63,192 nucleotides of DNA, filler included, from Olpidium bornovanus S191 (GCA_017911155.1; 26 parts of 26 records of this genome joined end to end with filler, not necessarily neighbours in it); one strand, 5' to 3'. Positions 34,413 to 46,546 are shown, counted from the first letter of the whole stretch. A program made the numbers and translations. Notes: a model not told the origin generated them from the letters alone.

Positions 34413-35986
34413 GACTGCGTACCAGACGACGGGAGTTGTATTCAGCCCGGCGCACCGCACTGTCCGTATACTAGAAGACGGATGTTGGCAGAAAGCAACA
34501 GTTCCGAGACGCTGCAGTACGGCCCGGGGAGATATTACAGCTGTTCGATCCTTCCTCCTTTTCCCCCCCCCCCCCCCCCCCTCCCCCCTTCCCCCCCCCC
34601 CCCCGCCTCCTCCTCCCTTCCCCCAAGAAAACGCTGCGGTCTCTTCCTTCCTCTCCTCTCCACTCTTGTCGGTTTCGTCAGGCGCAGTCACGGCTTTCGG
34701 TGTCGAGGAAAACTTTCGACCGCCGGTCGGCTCTTCCCTCCCCCCCCCCCCTCCCCCCCCACCCAACCGCCTCCTCCCACCGCGGACGCGCACGATCCGT
34801 GCCGCTCGACCGGGGGCCAATCGCCCCCCCTGCGCTCGTCCCGCCACGGATCTCTTCTTGCCTCCGTGAGCTTCTCTCGCATACGCCTCCTCTCCGCTCC
34901 TGTGGATCGGTCAGGCGTCGGCGCCGCCTTTCTTCGGTGCGTATTCCTCCGGGTCGCGGGGAAGTGAAAATTCCTCTGTTTCCTCCCGCCCGCCACGGAT
35001 TTGGCCCGACCGCTTTGGTATTGCTGTCCCGTCATCATCTTCATCCTCCCTATCCAAACCGAAAAAGCGCACGGCAGAAGACAGAGCGCACGTGACGTGA
35101 CGAGGTGGCGTTTAATGTATGTCGGTAAAAAAAAAGAAGAAGAAGAAAAAAAAAGGACGGCAAAAGAGTTCGGGCATCCCGGCTGCACACACAGCCGGGG
35201 CCTACGTCTCTCTGATGTGCAGCAACCGCCCGCCGCCTCCGCCACACGGCGCACCCTTGGTTTCCGGCTTCGGCAAACTTCCCCCGCCCCACCTCCTTTG
35301 GCCCGTGAAAAAATGTTGGAAGATACGGGGCTTTGCCGTACGTGTTGCGCTGTCTCAGCAAAGTCACTTTCTGCCTCTTGGGCATAACGCGTCACGTGGT
35401 TCCCGTGGGACGAGATCGGTAACCTGTTTCAAGGATTCTCCGCCCGGCCACTTCCATTTTCCAGGAAAGAAGGCCGGCCCCCACAACGCGGCTCCCGCTT
35501 TTACATTTCGCGTTCTTCTTCCTCCTACCACCCTCTGTTCCTCCAAAAACCTCCCCCCTCCCAAAATAAAAAAATTAAAATAATAAAAAAATACCTTTCC
35601 TCGGGCCGAATTTGTTTCTTTTTTTATTTTTTTTTATTTGACCTTCGGTGGCCGCCGGCTTCGCGAGGAGGGAGGGGAGGGGCCGGTTTCGGCCGCGATG
35701 GAAAGAGGCCGCTACGGTTGCCGTTTCCACGTGGTCCCCCACCTGCGGGCGAAGTTCTACGTCGAGCAAGGTAGGAGAGGGGAGGGGGGCGGAACGAAAG
35801 CGGGAGAGGGAACCGCCGTGGGTTGGGGAAAGGTGATCGGCAGCGACAGGCGAGGTTCGTGAAAAGTAATGCGTCTATAGTACATGNNNNNNNNNNNNNN
35901 NNNNNNNNNNNNNNNNNNNNNNNNNNNNNNTTAATTAATTAANNNNNNNNNNNNNNNNNNNNNNNNNNNNNNNNNNNNNNNNNNNN

Positions 35987-37347
35987 CATGAACCCGTACT
36001 CGTCGACGAGGTCTAGAGGATACCAGGAAAGGCTGTGAGAAGTGAATTCAAACGCCGCGGTTTGTCAAACCTCGCGCGCCTCTGAGGGTTGATAGCAAGC
36101 GGCGAGGTCGGACGACTATCACGGTAGCAGGGATATCGGAGATAACTCCTTGGTCCCGCCAAAGCCCATTTTTTGGTAACGATAAAGAAAATGCGGATAA
36201 ATTGAAGACGCGAAAGGTTTTGTCGCGGTCTCCCAAGCCCTTCCCCCCTCCCCCCCCCCCCCCCCCCCTCCCCATCCACGCCCTTTCCTCCCGTTAGCGA
36301 CTCGCTCGTAACGAGGACTCGGTCGTACCTAGCATATCCTCAATCACTCCCTTCGCGGTGGCGTACATTTGGCTGATCAGCAGGCCCCGAAGGATGAAAT
36401 ACTAACCGTCGTATTGTGAGATCGGCGCCGAGCGTCTGCGGGTCGCACGCGCCGGCCAATCGGCAGATCGTCAGGGAAAAGGAGGGGCGATGCCTCACCG
36501 AGTCCCAGTAATAAGCCTCGCGGAAGCGTCCGCCGGCGACCACAAACGGGTTCTTCAGAGGGATGCTAGAGACGGCGCAGCCCTCGCACGCAGCAGTTGC
36601 GTTGAAGGTTCGGACGAGCTTGAGCCACCGAGTGTTCAGCGAGAGCGCGAACTTGCGGAGAAGCGGGTCGCGGATTTTGTCCAGGAAAGCCGGCTGCGGG
36701 CTCCAGTCGAGCTGGCCATCGGCCACGTACGTGACGAGAGGAGTCGTCAGAGGGTTTCGGCGATCGCCAACCCCGAGCCTTTCCTTTTTTTTCTAGAGGT
36801 GCTCACCGGCAGAACGCGCTCGACCTCCGATCCTGCGGGCAGAAAATTTTGGTCAAAGAACGATCGGACCGCCTCGACGGTGGGGCTCTGGCCCAGCTGT
36901 GCGAACGCCGCGAGAACCTGGTCGACTGGTTTTGAGGTCGGGGAATCGACGAAGTACTGATGAAAATCAGTCCGGTGAGTGGGGCCAGGGGGGGGGGGGG
37001 GGGGCGGGGGGGGGGGGGGGGGGCGGACGGAAGGGGCAAGGGGGAAAAACGGCACGGCGCAGTTAAGTACAAATCGGGGATCTCCACGGCGTTGCCGTTC
37101 GCGAAGCGCGGGAGAGGCTTCGAGTAGCAAACTTTGGGGTTGGTTTATTTTTTTTCCTCCCGACCTTCGAGTCGTTGAAAACGCCGGCCCTCTGCACGGT
37201 GTCCAGCACGGGACCGGTGCAGTAGATCTCGGACGCGCAGAACGCAACGGCCGCCAAGGGCGCGCCGACGAGGACAAGCAGCAGGGCGAGGGCAACAGCG
37301 GCGGGCGCGGCGGCGCGCGGGGCCCCGCGGGGGCTGGCCGGGCGCAT
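35987..37347 (-). CDS. Secreted alpha,alpha-trehalase (GH37), 5' part
   Basis: Signal peptide, then SEIYCTGPVLDTVQ, DSK|YFVD, PFVVAGGRFREAYYWDS|YFILRGLL, DML|DLVDEYGFM. Confidence 0.95.
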
Positions 37348-37818
37348 GGCCGCAAAGCGGGGTGTGGGATCGGGTTCCCGGTAGTGACCGGCCCCTCCGT
37401 CTCCCCTAACCCCTCTCCGGATCTGGAAGCCCGAGCGTGCGATCGCTTGCCGTGCTCCTCCGCGTCGCGCTCCTCCTCGCCGTCGTCGTCCTCCACCCTT
37501 CCACGGGGCACCGCGGGGAGCTGCGGCGGCGGCCGGGGGGAGGGGAAAGGGACGGGCGGCGGCGGAGGGAGCAGGCGGAGGGGGTTTTAGACTTTTCATG
37601 GCCATTATTCCGGCGTAACTTCTGACGCTCCGCTGCGTCGGAGTCTTGTCCGTGTCAATGTTCGCAGAGAGATCGAGCAGCCGCGTCCACGGCGGCCGTC
37701 TAAGATTCATCTTGGCGNNNNNNNNNNNNNNNNNNNNNNNNNNNNNNNNNNNNNNNNNNNNTTAATTAATTAANNNNNNNNNNNNNNNNNNNNNNNNNNN
37801 NNNNNNNNNNNNNNNNNC

Positions 37819-38753
37819 ATGACGTTAATACCGCCGCTGTTAGCGCCGGACAATGCCGAGCTCACCAGCCGGTTGATGACCGAGTCGTGGTTGTGGTCTC
37901 AGATCCAGCAGGAGAACGTACGCGGGGCAGCAGGCTGTAAAAGAGCTTATATGAACCGGGGAGGGCGAAAAAATCTCGCCACCGCGTGAAATTTCTTTTT
38001 TATTTATTCAAAAATTTATTTATTTGGCAATCGCCCACTCAAAATCAGATCCTCTTTTTCCAAGCCGATTCGGTCCTGTGCGCGCGATCCGGTCGACGAC
38101 CCGAGGATTTTTTCGAATACGACTATGTGGGTCCCTCTGGCTCCGTGCCGCTGCCAGCGTCCGGCGCGCCGGGAACCGGCGGCCTGAGCATCCGCAAGCG
38201 CTCCCACTCCCTGCGATGCCTCCGCGAGCAACCGCCGGAGGCGGGCGCGGCAGAGGACGTGTATTTCAGCACGACGCTGCCGAGCGTCGGCGGGCGCGTC
38301 GCGCCCCGCGACGTCTCGGCGATGCTCGTCGCGGAGGCCGAACTCGACGCCGAGCCGCTCGGCGTGCACCGGCCGTGGGCGTACAGTTTGCCAGTGGCCA
38401 AATTGGCGAAGCTGTACGAGTACTGTGAGTTTTTGACTGCTGGTGGAGAGAAGGGGATGGAGGGGGACGGGAATTCGGCGTGCGATTTGTTTCTCGGAAC
38501 TTTGTTTTTTTTTTCCTATTTTGACCTCGAGTAGGGGAGAAAAAATTCCACCCCGCTGACGTTCGGTATGCCTCTCTCATTGCGTTCTTCAGGTCCAGTA
38601 CGTTTTCTCCGTTTCCCAGAAACTGGTCAAAATGCTGAGATTTACCCACCCTGTTAACCAATTTGCGCCCTTTTACAGGAGATCGCGCTAACCGGACGGC
38701 AGCCCGGCGACGTCGATCCTTCAATTTACTCGCTGCCAGTTCGGCAGACCTAA
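37819..38753 (+). CDS. DUF5672-like putative glycosyltransferase domain protein, 5'-truncated, includes a 5-nt microexon
   Basis: Exons 37819-37917, 38049-38424, 38593-38597 and 38679-38753 give ILFFQADSVLC..DFFEYDYVG, GTGGLSIRKRS, EDVYFS, PLGVHRPW and YEYCPEI. Confidence 0.75.
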
Positions 38754-38774
38754 AAAAATCTGCGCCCGCGCTTT

Positions 38775-38806
<32 letters not shown>

Positions 38807-38910
38807 ACCCAACCCGCGCAGGCTCACGGAGGCCGCCAAAGCCAACCTACGCAGGCAGGCAGGCGGCCGCTCCTGCCAATCTCGCCGGAACCCCCGCCCC
38901 AGGACCATAT

Positions 38911-39962
38911 ATGGCCGCGGACACGGCCCTGCGCGACCTTCTGCGCAGGCTGGAGCGCGCGCCCGCAGAAGGCCGCGCGCCGTTCAGCCAGCAACAAGAC
39001 GCCCTCCTGGAGGCCATTGCCGGCGATCTGGAAACGGCGGTCGACGCCCTGGACGTCGGGCGCGGCTGCCCCGAAAGCAAACAGGCGGCCGCCTTGCTAG
39101 ACGTGGTCATATCCTTTGGCTGCTCGCCCCCCAGGGTCCCCGGCGTTGTGCTCGAGACTCTCTTCCTTCGCGTCATGGCCTTGACTTCGGTGTCTCGGCC
39201 ATTCTCACTCAACACAGGGCATGTGGTCAGCTCTTTCGCCGCGCCGACCTCGCTCACCATTCCACGCGGGTCCTGTCGCGCCTGGCGACGCGGGAACACG
39301 CCGAAGGCGAGGCGTTCCTTGAGTTCTGTGCGGCCTGCGCGTCGCAGGTCAGTACGCGTTCTACCTCAAGCCGCGATAAGATCCGGCGGTCACAGACAAA
39401 CGCATTACCGAATTCGGAGGGGTGGCCAGAATGAGAAGGTAGACTAACATCCACACGGCCCGTACGGCCAGATCCGCGAGACAGCTCCCAACGCCGTGAG
39501 GTTTGCCGAAGAAGCGATCCTGACCGGGAATTTGAGTCGTATCGCAGAAATATGCGGAGTGAGTCCTGCGTCCGCGTGATAACGCTGCCGTGAAACCGCG
39601 GCGTCACTGATGATATTAGCGGTAGGCGTGCACGCCGTGGTTGGCTCTAGTTCGCCAAAACACTTGCCATATGTCCAACAGTCTCAAAGCAAGGCAAATG
39701 GTTACAGCTTCCCTTGTTCGTCCGACGCCACCAGACTGGGCAGCGGCAGGCCGTGGCACTGAAAATCTGCTGTCCACAATAAGCCTTGGAGCTGTGTCCT
39801 CCGCAGTGGACGTACTGGACTTTGTTCGAGTACGCTGAAATTTGCTTTTCGATAGAAGAGCTCTTCCTACGCCGCTCACGAAGGAGCCGCCCATGCAGCT
39901 GAACCGGAAGGTTGTCGCACCAGACGTGGCTGCATCCAAGGCGATGGACGCCCTGTACCATG
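38911..39962 (+). CDS. Uncharacterised helical (ARM/HEAT-like) protein, 5' part; first intron is a candidate U12 AT-AC intron
   Basis: Exon 1 is 38911-39108 (66 codons) and exon 2 is 39216-39347 (44 codons, ends CAG|GTCAGT). Further probable exons run to the contig end. Confidence 0.6.
39109..39215 (+). other. Candidate U12-type (minor spliceosome) AT-AC intron, 107 nt
   Basis: 5' end ATATCCTTTGG matches the U12 consensus; CCTTGAC at 39179-39185 is branch-like; 3' end CAACAC. Removal joins LLDVV|RACGQLFRRADL in phase 0. Confidence 0.7.
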
Positions 39963-40302
39963 NNNNNNNNNNNNNNNNNNNNNNNNNNNNNNNNNNNNNN
40001 NNNNNNTTAATTAATTAANNNNNNNNNNNNNNNNNNNNNNNNNNNNNNNNNNNNNNNNNNNNGGGCAAGGGGGAAGCCCTTCGATTGGCGGACTTCGAGG
40101 GGGGAAGTGGGGAAGCGCTCTTCGATTGGCGGGCTTCGAGGGGGGCTATTCTATTGGTCGACCCCCGGGTTCGGGGGCCGTCCGCCCTCGATCCCGCCGC
40201 CGCTGCTTCCGCCCTTCGACCGCCTCTCGCCCGCCGCCCGCCTTCGCCCGCAGCCCGCCTTCCGTGGCCTCGGTCGACGGGCGGTTTGAGGGTCGTGCTA
40301 CA

Positions 40303-41429
40303 GCACAGTTACTCAAGGACGAGCAAAGCGTACAAGCTCTGGGATCCAAGTTCCGACCAAATCGTCGAGCGATTTGACGTGACAGTGGACGAACGGCGAC
40401 CCTACGTCGCCGCTGACTTCGAAGCAGCATAAACACCCGCGGAAATAATCGCGGAAACACCCACGTAAGTGCGCAAGAAGAACGAACAAGACGTCGAAGG
40501 TATCTTGTCATATCAGTACCGCGCTGGCGGACAACTCCTCCTCAAGGTCAAACGATGGGGAAAGCAGCCGGCATGGGGAACGGCCGACACCATAGAATGC
40601 AAGGATCTCCTAACCACCTTTTGTCACGAGCGAGGAATCGAACCACCAAAAGATTGCGCGGACGAGGAAGTAGCCGCGGCCGCAGCATGTCTCCATGAGG
40701 AACCACGGACGTACCAACAAGCAATTAGCGGCCCAGAGGCCGAACGTTGGATAAAAGGCCATGACCGCCGAAATAAAGACTTTGGAAAGCTTCACCGCAT
40801 GGTCACTCCAAAAGAGGCCGTAGAACCATCCCGTGATCAAAGGTAAATGGGTGTTTAAGAGAAAATTAAACCCGGATGGTTCCATCCAAAAATACCGGGC
40901 GCGTTTTGTCGCCCAGGGTTTTGGACAAACGAGAGGAATAGACTACCAAGAGACTTTCTCTCCCGTCGTGTCTGCGGCGGCATTGAAGACGATTATCGCC
41001 ATGGCCACCGCAAAGGGATGGAAAATTAGACAATGAGACGTGGTGCTCGCTTACCTAAACGGGAAACTTCAGGAGGAAAGCTACCTGGAACAACCCGAAG
41101 GATTCAAGCATGGGGACGCCGTCTGCCGACTGCACCGTGCTTTGTACGGGTTAAAACAGAGCGGCAGGGTCGGGAACCATGAACTACACAAAGAACTCCT
41201 CCACCTTGGCCTTACGCAGCTCCCAACGGAGCCTTGAATCTACGTCCTACGGACCGACCAAGCAATCACCCTGATCATGGCGGGTTATGTGGATGATATC
41301 CTTCTGACGGGGCCTGACACTAAAGTCATCAAGAAATTCGAGGAATTACTCGCTCAAAAATTCAAAATGTCCGAGGGCGGGGACCTCTCCTTCATACTTG
41401 GCGTCAGAATAACTACGAGCAAGGGGAGA
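40303..41429 (+). mobile_element. Degenerate Ty1/copia pol fragment (integrase tail, chromodomain-like segment, RT)
   Basis: YSRTSKAYKLWDP..DVTVDE; EEPRTYQQA; KWVFKRK..YRARFVAQGF.Q..GIDYQETFSPV; ALYGLKQSGR; GYVDDILL. Several stops and one frameshift near 40757. Confidence 0.95.
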
Positions 41430-42905
41430 NNNNNNNNNNNNNNNNNNNNNNNNNNNNNNNNNNNNNNNNNNNNTTAATTAATTAANNNNNNNNNNNNNNN
41501 NNNNNNNNNNNNNNNNNNNNNNNNNNNNNACATGCAAAAAAGGTACTCTCGACTTACGTTTCAAACAAAGCTTTTTTGCTCCGCTCCCTCGAACTTATTG
41601 CGCGCCGAATTTCCCGCTGCGCTCGCGCTTTTTTTTCTTTTTTTTTTTTTTTCACTTCCCCGTCGCGTCTGCGCTAAAATTCCTGCCGCCCGCGCTGGAA
41701 CGTGGCACGGGCGTTGCGATCGCACGTTCGGGGGAAGGGGCGCGGCGTTTTCGCGCGCGATGTGAAAAGGGAGCGGAAAGGGTAACGTGCTGGCGATGGG
41801 CCACCCCAGCGACGATCGTCGTGGGACGTTGTGTTGCCGAGCACCCCCAGCCGTGTCCAAGTCTTGAGGCGCGGCGTGCGGCGGCGCAACGTGCGTCTCG
41901 CAGGGAACCAAAACCACCGCAGATTTACACCGACTCCGGAGGACAACTCCCGCGCTGCAGGCGAAAAACCGAGGGAAGCAGCCAAGGCGCCGTTTCAAGT
42001 GCGGCGCCCGGCAGAGACAATTCCCACTTGTAACTCTCCCCCCCCACTTCCCAAGATTTCGTATGGAAATCCGTGCCGCATTAAAGCTGGACCCGGATGG
42101 AAAACGACGGGATTGCGGCGGATCCAAATAGAATAGGAAATGTCATTTTTCGGCTCTGCTTCCCATCGGGCCTCGAGCTTTGCGCACGCGCATTCCCTTC
42201 GCCTCCCGAGCTCGTTTTTTCTTACGACGCTTCACCCCTTCCCGCCTTCGACGTGCCGTACAGACCGACGGCCGGATATTTTATAACACTATATGTTAAC
42301 GAAGCCGCCGGCGGAGGAAAAGCTACCGCTGTTGTGCGGACCACTCTATTTACGCCCGTTTCGAGAGTTTTTCTGGAGAAAAGTACCCCATAGCAGCCAG
42401 AGTGGCCTGTATCGAACAAAGTCCAAAATTTTCATCCTCCAGTCCGGTCGTTTCACCCGGGATTTTGCACAAATCTAGAGTTTGTGGAAAAAACTTTTTC
42501 GGCAGTGTCTCAGACACAACGGCGGTAACTTTTTCACCAATGTTCCGCCGGATAATAAAAGGTTGGGGGGGGGGGGGGGGGCGGTGGGTGGGAAGGAGTT
42601 TGCCGCGGCACTTGCTGAGACCTCCCTACGCCATTCCTCAAAAGCGCTAAGAGCTGCATAACCTTTCAGAACCGCAGCGCCGTTTGCCGCCGGTGTGCTG
42701 GTTAGCTCGCAGAAGACCTGTTCCCCGCAACCAGCTCGGCGGAAAAGAAAATCGGCGCCGTTCAGGCTGGCGGCGGCGACCCGGAATTTTGCCGTTACCC
42801 GAAGGNNNNNNNNNNNNNNNNNNNNNNNNNNNNNNNNNNNNNNNNNNNNTTAATTAATTAANNNNNNNNNNNNNNNNNNNNNNNNNNNNNNNNNNNNNNN
42901 NNNNN

Positions 42906-44010
42906 CATGAACAATTCAACGCTTTGCTGCGCCGGCGGCGGAATGGCGTCCGCGGGCCCGTACACAGCGCCCGAGACGCAGTCCAGGGACTCGAAGTTCG
43001 CTACCAACACCGATATCATCGCCAAAATCTGCTGCGGAAGAGAGTGCCGCAGTACGCGAGGGATGATCTTCTTGCCTTTGCCTACGGACAGGAAGGCGAT
43101 GAAAGGGTGCGGGTGGCTTTTTGTGTCGAATCGAAAGAGCGACGGGCAGTGAGGGAATTTTATGCCGTAACGCACGTCACGGCCCTAGACGTGCGCCTTT
43201 TGCAACTCACCTACTTGCCGGCACCACGACTTGCAGCTCCTTCCAAACGACCTTGACGTACAATGCGTAGTCACGATTCCTGCAGGACAAGATGTTAGTG
43301 TAAGGACAACCCGATGAAAACGGCAAGAGAAACCGGGCTAGAAACGCACCACCGCTCGAAACCGTCGAGCACGTCAGCCGGGCTATCCGGGTGTGGTACC
43401 GGAGGTTGCTCGCGTCGCAGCTGTTCGAGCTTCAAAACGGCATCGTAGACTCGTTCTATCCGGGAAAGAACCTGCCGACTCGTTCCGGCGGTGCCGGCCT
43501 GCAGAGACAGCAGATGAAGGAAAGGTGAACTTGACATTATGCATCGCAACAAGGCGTGGTTTCAGTGAGATGCGGAGACGCTTGCAAAGAATAAAGCTTG
43601 TCGTACCTTGCCGTGCGCAGCTGCCTTGTGTAGTGGGTGCGGAACACTGACGTGCTGGTCGTCGCCGCCGCCGCCGCCATCCTTCCGCTCTTCCGAAGCA
43701 GTCTTGGGTTTGACCTGCAGCAAAACACGCGGTGTCCTTGACGTGGAGGACGTGACTTTGCCGAGTGCTCCTTGCAGAGCATTGGCTGCCCAATAAGGAG
43801 CAGGCGCGCGAGGACCGCGCGACAAAAAAATTAGTCCGCAAAACTCACATTGAGGCGTGCCGAGGAACCAGCAGCAGCCTCTACTTTCCCGCGGATTATT
43901 TATCTGCGCCGCATTCGCCATCCTCGCCACTCACTTTCCACGGCCTTGGGCTTTCTCCTCTGGTTGATGCTGATGATTCGCTGCACCTGCTGCTGCATCC
44001 TCAACATGCC
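42906..44010 (-). CDS. PAT1: mRNA decapping activator Pat1, internal/C-terminal part
   Basis: LQGALGKVTSSTSRTPRVLLQV; VLSRIERVYDAVLKLEQL; HPFIAFLSVGKGKKIIPRVLRH; SVELFM. Confidence 0.85.
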
Positions 44011-44110
44011 NNNNNNNNNNNNNNNNNNNNNNNNNNNNNNNNNNNNNNNNNNNNTTAATTAATTAANNNNNNNNNNNNNNNNNNNNNNNNNNNNNNNNNN
44101 NNNNNNNNNN

Positions 44111-45534
44111 CCATGGAGCGGGCGTTGCACATCGCGCCAGGGAACATTCTCCTTGCTCGGTATCTCATCCAAGTGCGTGCCGCCTTGAGCTGCTTGTTGG
44201 ATCTTTCATTGTGCGGATGGCGAAGGGGATTTTGCTTTGGAGATTCTTTTTGACAATTTTTTGCTGTCAGCTCAGAATCGCGAACTCCTTTCCGGAGGGC
44301 GCCCTCCAAGTCGTTAACGACTTTTGCAAGCAATTCCCTGGCGATCCGGCAGGTCTTGCGTATGTCGTGGTTGTCTTATTATTTGGTGGTGGGCTCGTGA
44401 CGCCCCGGCTGATCGTGGTTTTGTTTCAGGCTTTATTTGGAATTCGCCGATATAATTGATCCAGATAAGGAACATTATGAGGAACGTCTGTTCGCATATC
44501 ACGATCTTGATCCCGTGGCCCCGCCACAGATAGCGCTTAACGAGATACTTAGCCCACTTAAAACTGCAACGGGTACGACGGATTGCTTGGGTTGCCAGTT
44601 GCTTATCAGCTGAAATATTTGCCGCTCCGCGGCCGGTTCTGATCCCGTGCCCCTTTGTGCTCTATTTTTCTTCCTCGACGGAAGAAACCTCTGCGGAGGC
44701 TCGCGGTTCACAGGAGGCGGCCCGGGTGCGCGAATCAGCCGGCCGGGTGCTACGTGCACTTGCGATCCGGTTGGACCATGGCCGGGACGTAGCGCGGACG
44801 TGGGAGGTGCTCCTGACAGCCATCCGACTGTTTCGGCCGCCCGGATCAAAGGGTGCCGGGCGAATAGAGGAAGACTTGTGGAGGGACCGCGAAACGTGGT
44901 GGCCGGAGTTTCATTTTGGATGGATGCACCGCGGAGGGCCAGGCGCCACGAGAACCAAGCGGAGCGCGGAAAGGCCGTTGCCTGAGCACGTGGAGAGCGG
45001 CGGCCGTGAGCACGAAAGTAAGCGAGCGAAGTTGTGAGAGCGCCGATCGTAACTGTCTCGCGCGCGGGTACCGTTCCCGGCCGCCAGATCTGCGGCCGCC
45101 CGACCACCACGGACACCCCTCCTTACGGTCTCTCCTCCGCTTTTGCAGACCTGCGCGGATGCCAGGCGCTCGTCGCCCCCCTCGCCTTCCCGGTTACGTT
45201 TTCGACCGACGACGTCCGCCGCTCGGTCGGTCGTGTCAGAGCCGCCGAGGTTGTCCGCGCGCACGGCCTGGAGGGTCTGGTACCCTCTTTGGCCGCAAAG
45301 ACGGAGCAGGGGGACGCGCGGTCGCCGCAGGAGCGCGACGACGAGGACCGGGCCGCTCCGGCGGCGGACGACGCAAGGATTTTGGCACCGAAAAGCGTGC
45401 GTCTGGAAGAGCGGCTGCGAAGCGGCGGCTTTCGGTTTATTGCCCCGGAGGAGGAAGCCGGCCGCAAGAAGCGAAGGGAGAGGGGAGGTTCGGCGGAACG
45501 GCAGGAACCGCCGGCTCAAAAAACCCGCCGCTGA
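44111..45534 (+). CDS. TAF1A: TAF1A (TAFI48)/Rrn11-like RNA polymerase I initiation factor, 3' part
   Basis: Phase-consistent exons 44111-44172, 44271-44359, 44430-44572, ~44685-45017 and 45149-45534. ALQVVNDFCKQFPGDP, RLDHG....TWEVL and LWRDRETWWPEFHF parallel TAF1A as I recall it (EKFPSNP, VLDF....AWKYL, RKNWWPGFHF). Confidence 0.6.
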
Positions 45535-46059
45535 AACCAGCATCGGAATGCGAGACGGTCGGGTGGCATTCCTCAGACGGGCGTTATTATTGCGCGTGTT
45601 CGTGCGGGTCCTCCTTCCCCCCAAGCGGATAACAGGGACGAACGACAAAACAGAGAAGATCTCGCGCGCCTATCCTTTTAAAAAAAGAAAGGCGCTCAAC
45701 GCAAAGACCTCGGCGTCGGACGCAGCGCGAACCACCCAACGAAAAAAACTCCACCATAGCCGCTTCGAAATAAACCAAAGCCGTCGGGCTTGCTCGAGCG
45801 CCGTATTCCCTTTCGGTCCCGTTCGAGCGGAGGCGTCGACCGCCGCTACGGGTCAAGCAGTGTCGGCTGCTCTCTGTTTTTCGTTTTTCTCCCACTTTTG
45901 CACAGCGCCGGCTGTGGGGAAGTTCGAGGCCGCGTCGTAGAGCTATCAACGTTGGTCCAAGTGCGACACGCCGCCCGCTTATCGACCGGATCGCCCAGAG
46001 CCCCCTGCGGGCCCGAAGCCGACTCTGCTTTCTCTGCTGCTCGAACTCGATCCGCTGCG

Positions 46060-46391
46060 GCGTCGGCTTTACCGCCGACAGCGGGTCGGGTTAGATATCG
46101 GCTGCGCGGTTGTCGGCTGCGCGCCGAAGCGGGTCAAGTCGGTCAGGCGGCTGGTCGAGCCGCCGAAGGTCTGATCTCCGAGGCGGAAGGAGAGCGTCCG
46201 CCAGGAGATCTGCGGGTCGTACTCTCGAAGCCAGGGGGTTCCGAGAATCAGGTCATATTTGACCTTGTCCGAGACGACGAAGTCTGAGTTAAACGACCAC
46301 GGGACGCCGTCCTGGCCAAGGAGGGCGATCGTGGCCGAGGTTGCGCGGGTCGGGCCGCTGGCGCGGCCGTCCGCAAAATATAGGCGAGTCG
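46060..46391 (-). mobile_element. Ty3/gypsy retropepsin (aspartic protease) fragment
   Basis: LYFADG...YDLILGTPWLREYDPQISWRT matches the gypsy protease C-terminal DxILGxxWL....P.I.W motif. Confidence 0.85.
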
Positions 46392-46500
46392 NNNNNNNNN
46401 NNNNNNNNNNNNNNNNNNNNNNNNNNNNNNNNNNNTTAATTAATTAANNNNNNNNNNNNNNNNNNNNNNNNNNNNNNNNNNNNNNNNNNNNCCCCCACCG

Positions 46501-46546
<46 letters not shown>

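Noticed and set aside
41296-41303. Other RTATCCTT matches (41296, 33124, 58397) as U12 donors
   Set aside because: 41296 lies inside the copia YVDDILL coding motif. The other two are antisense to coding exons.
41530-42805. Gene or ncRNA in this contig
   Set aside because: I found no recognisable protein motif, tRNA arm or snRNA signature.
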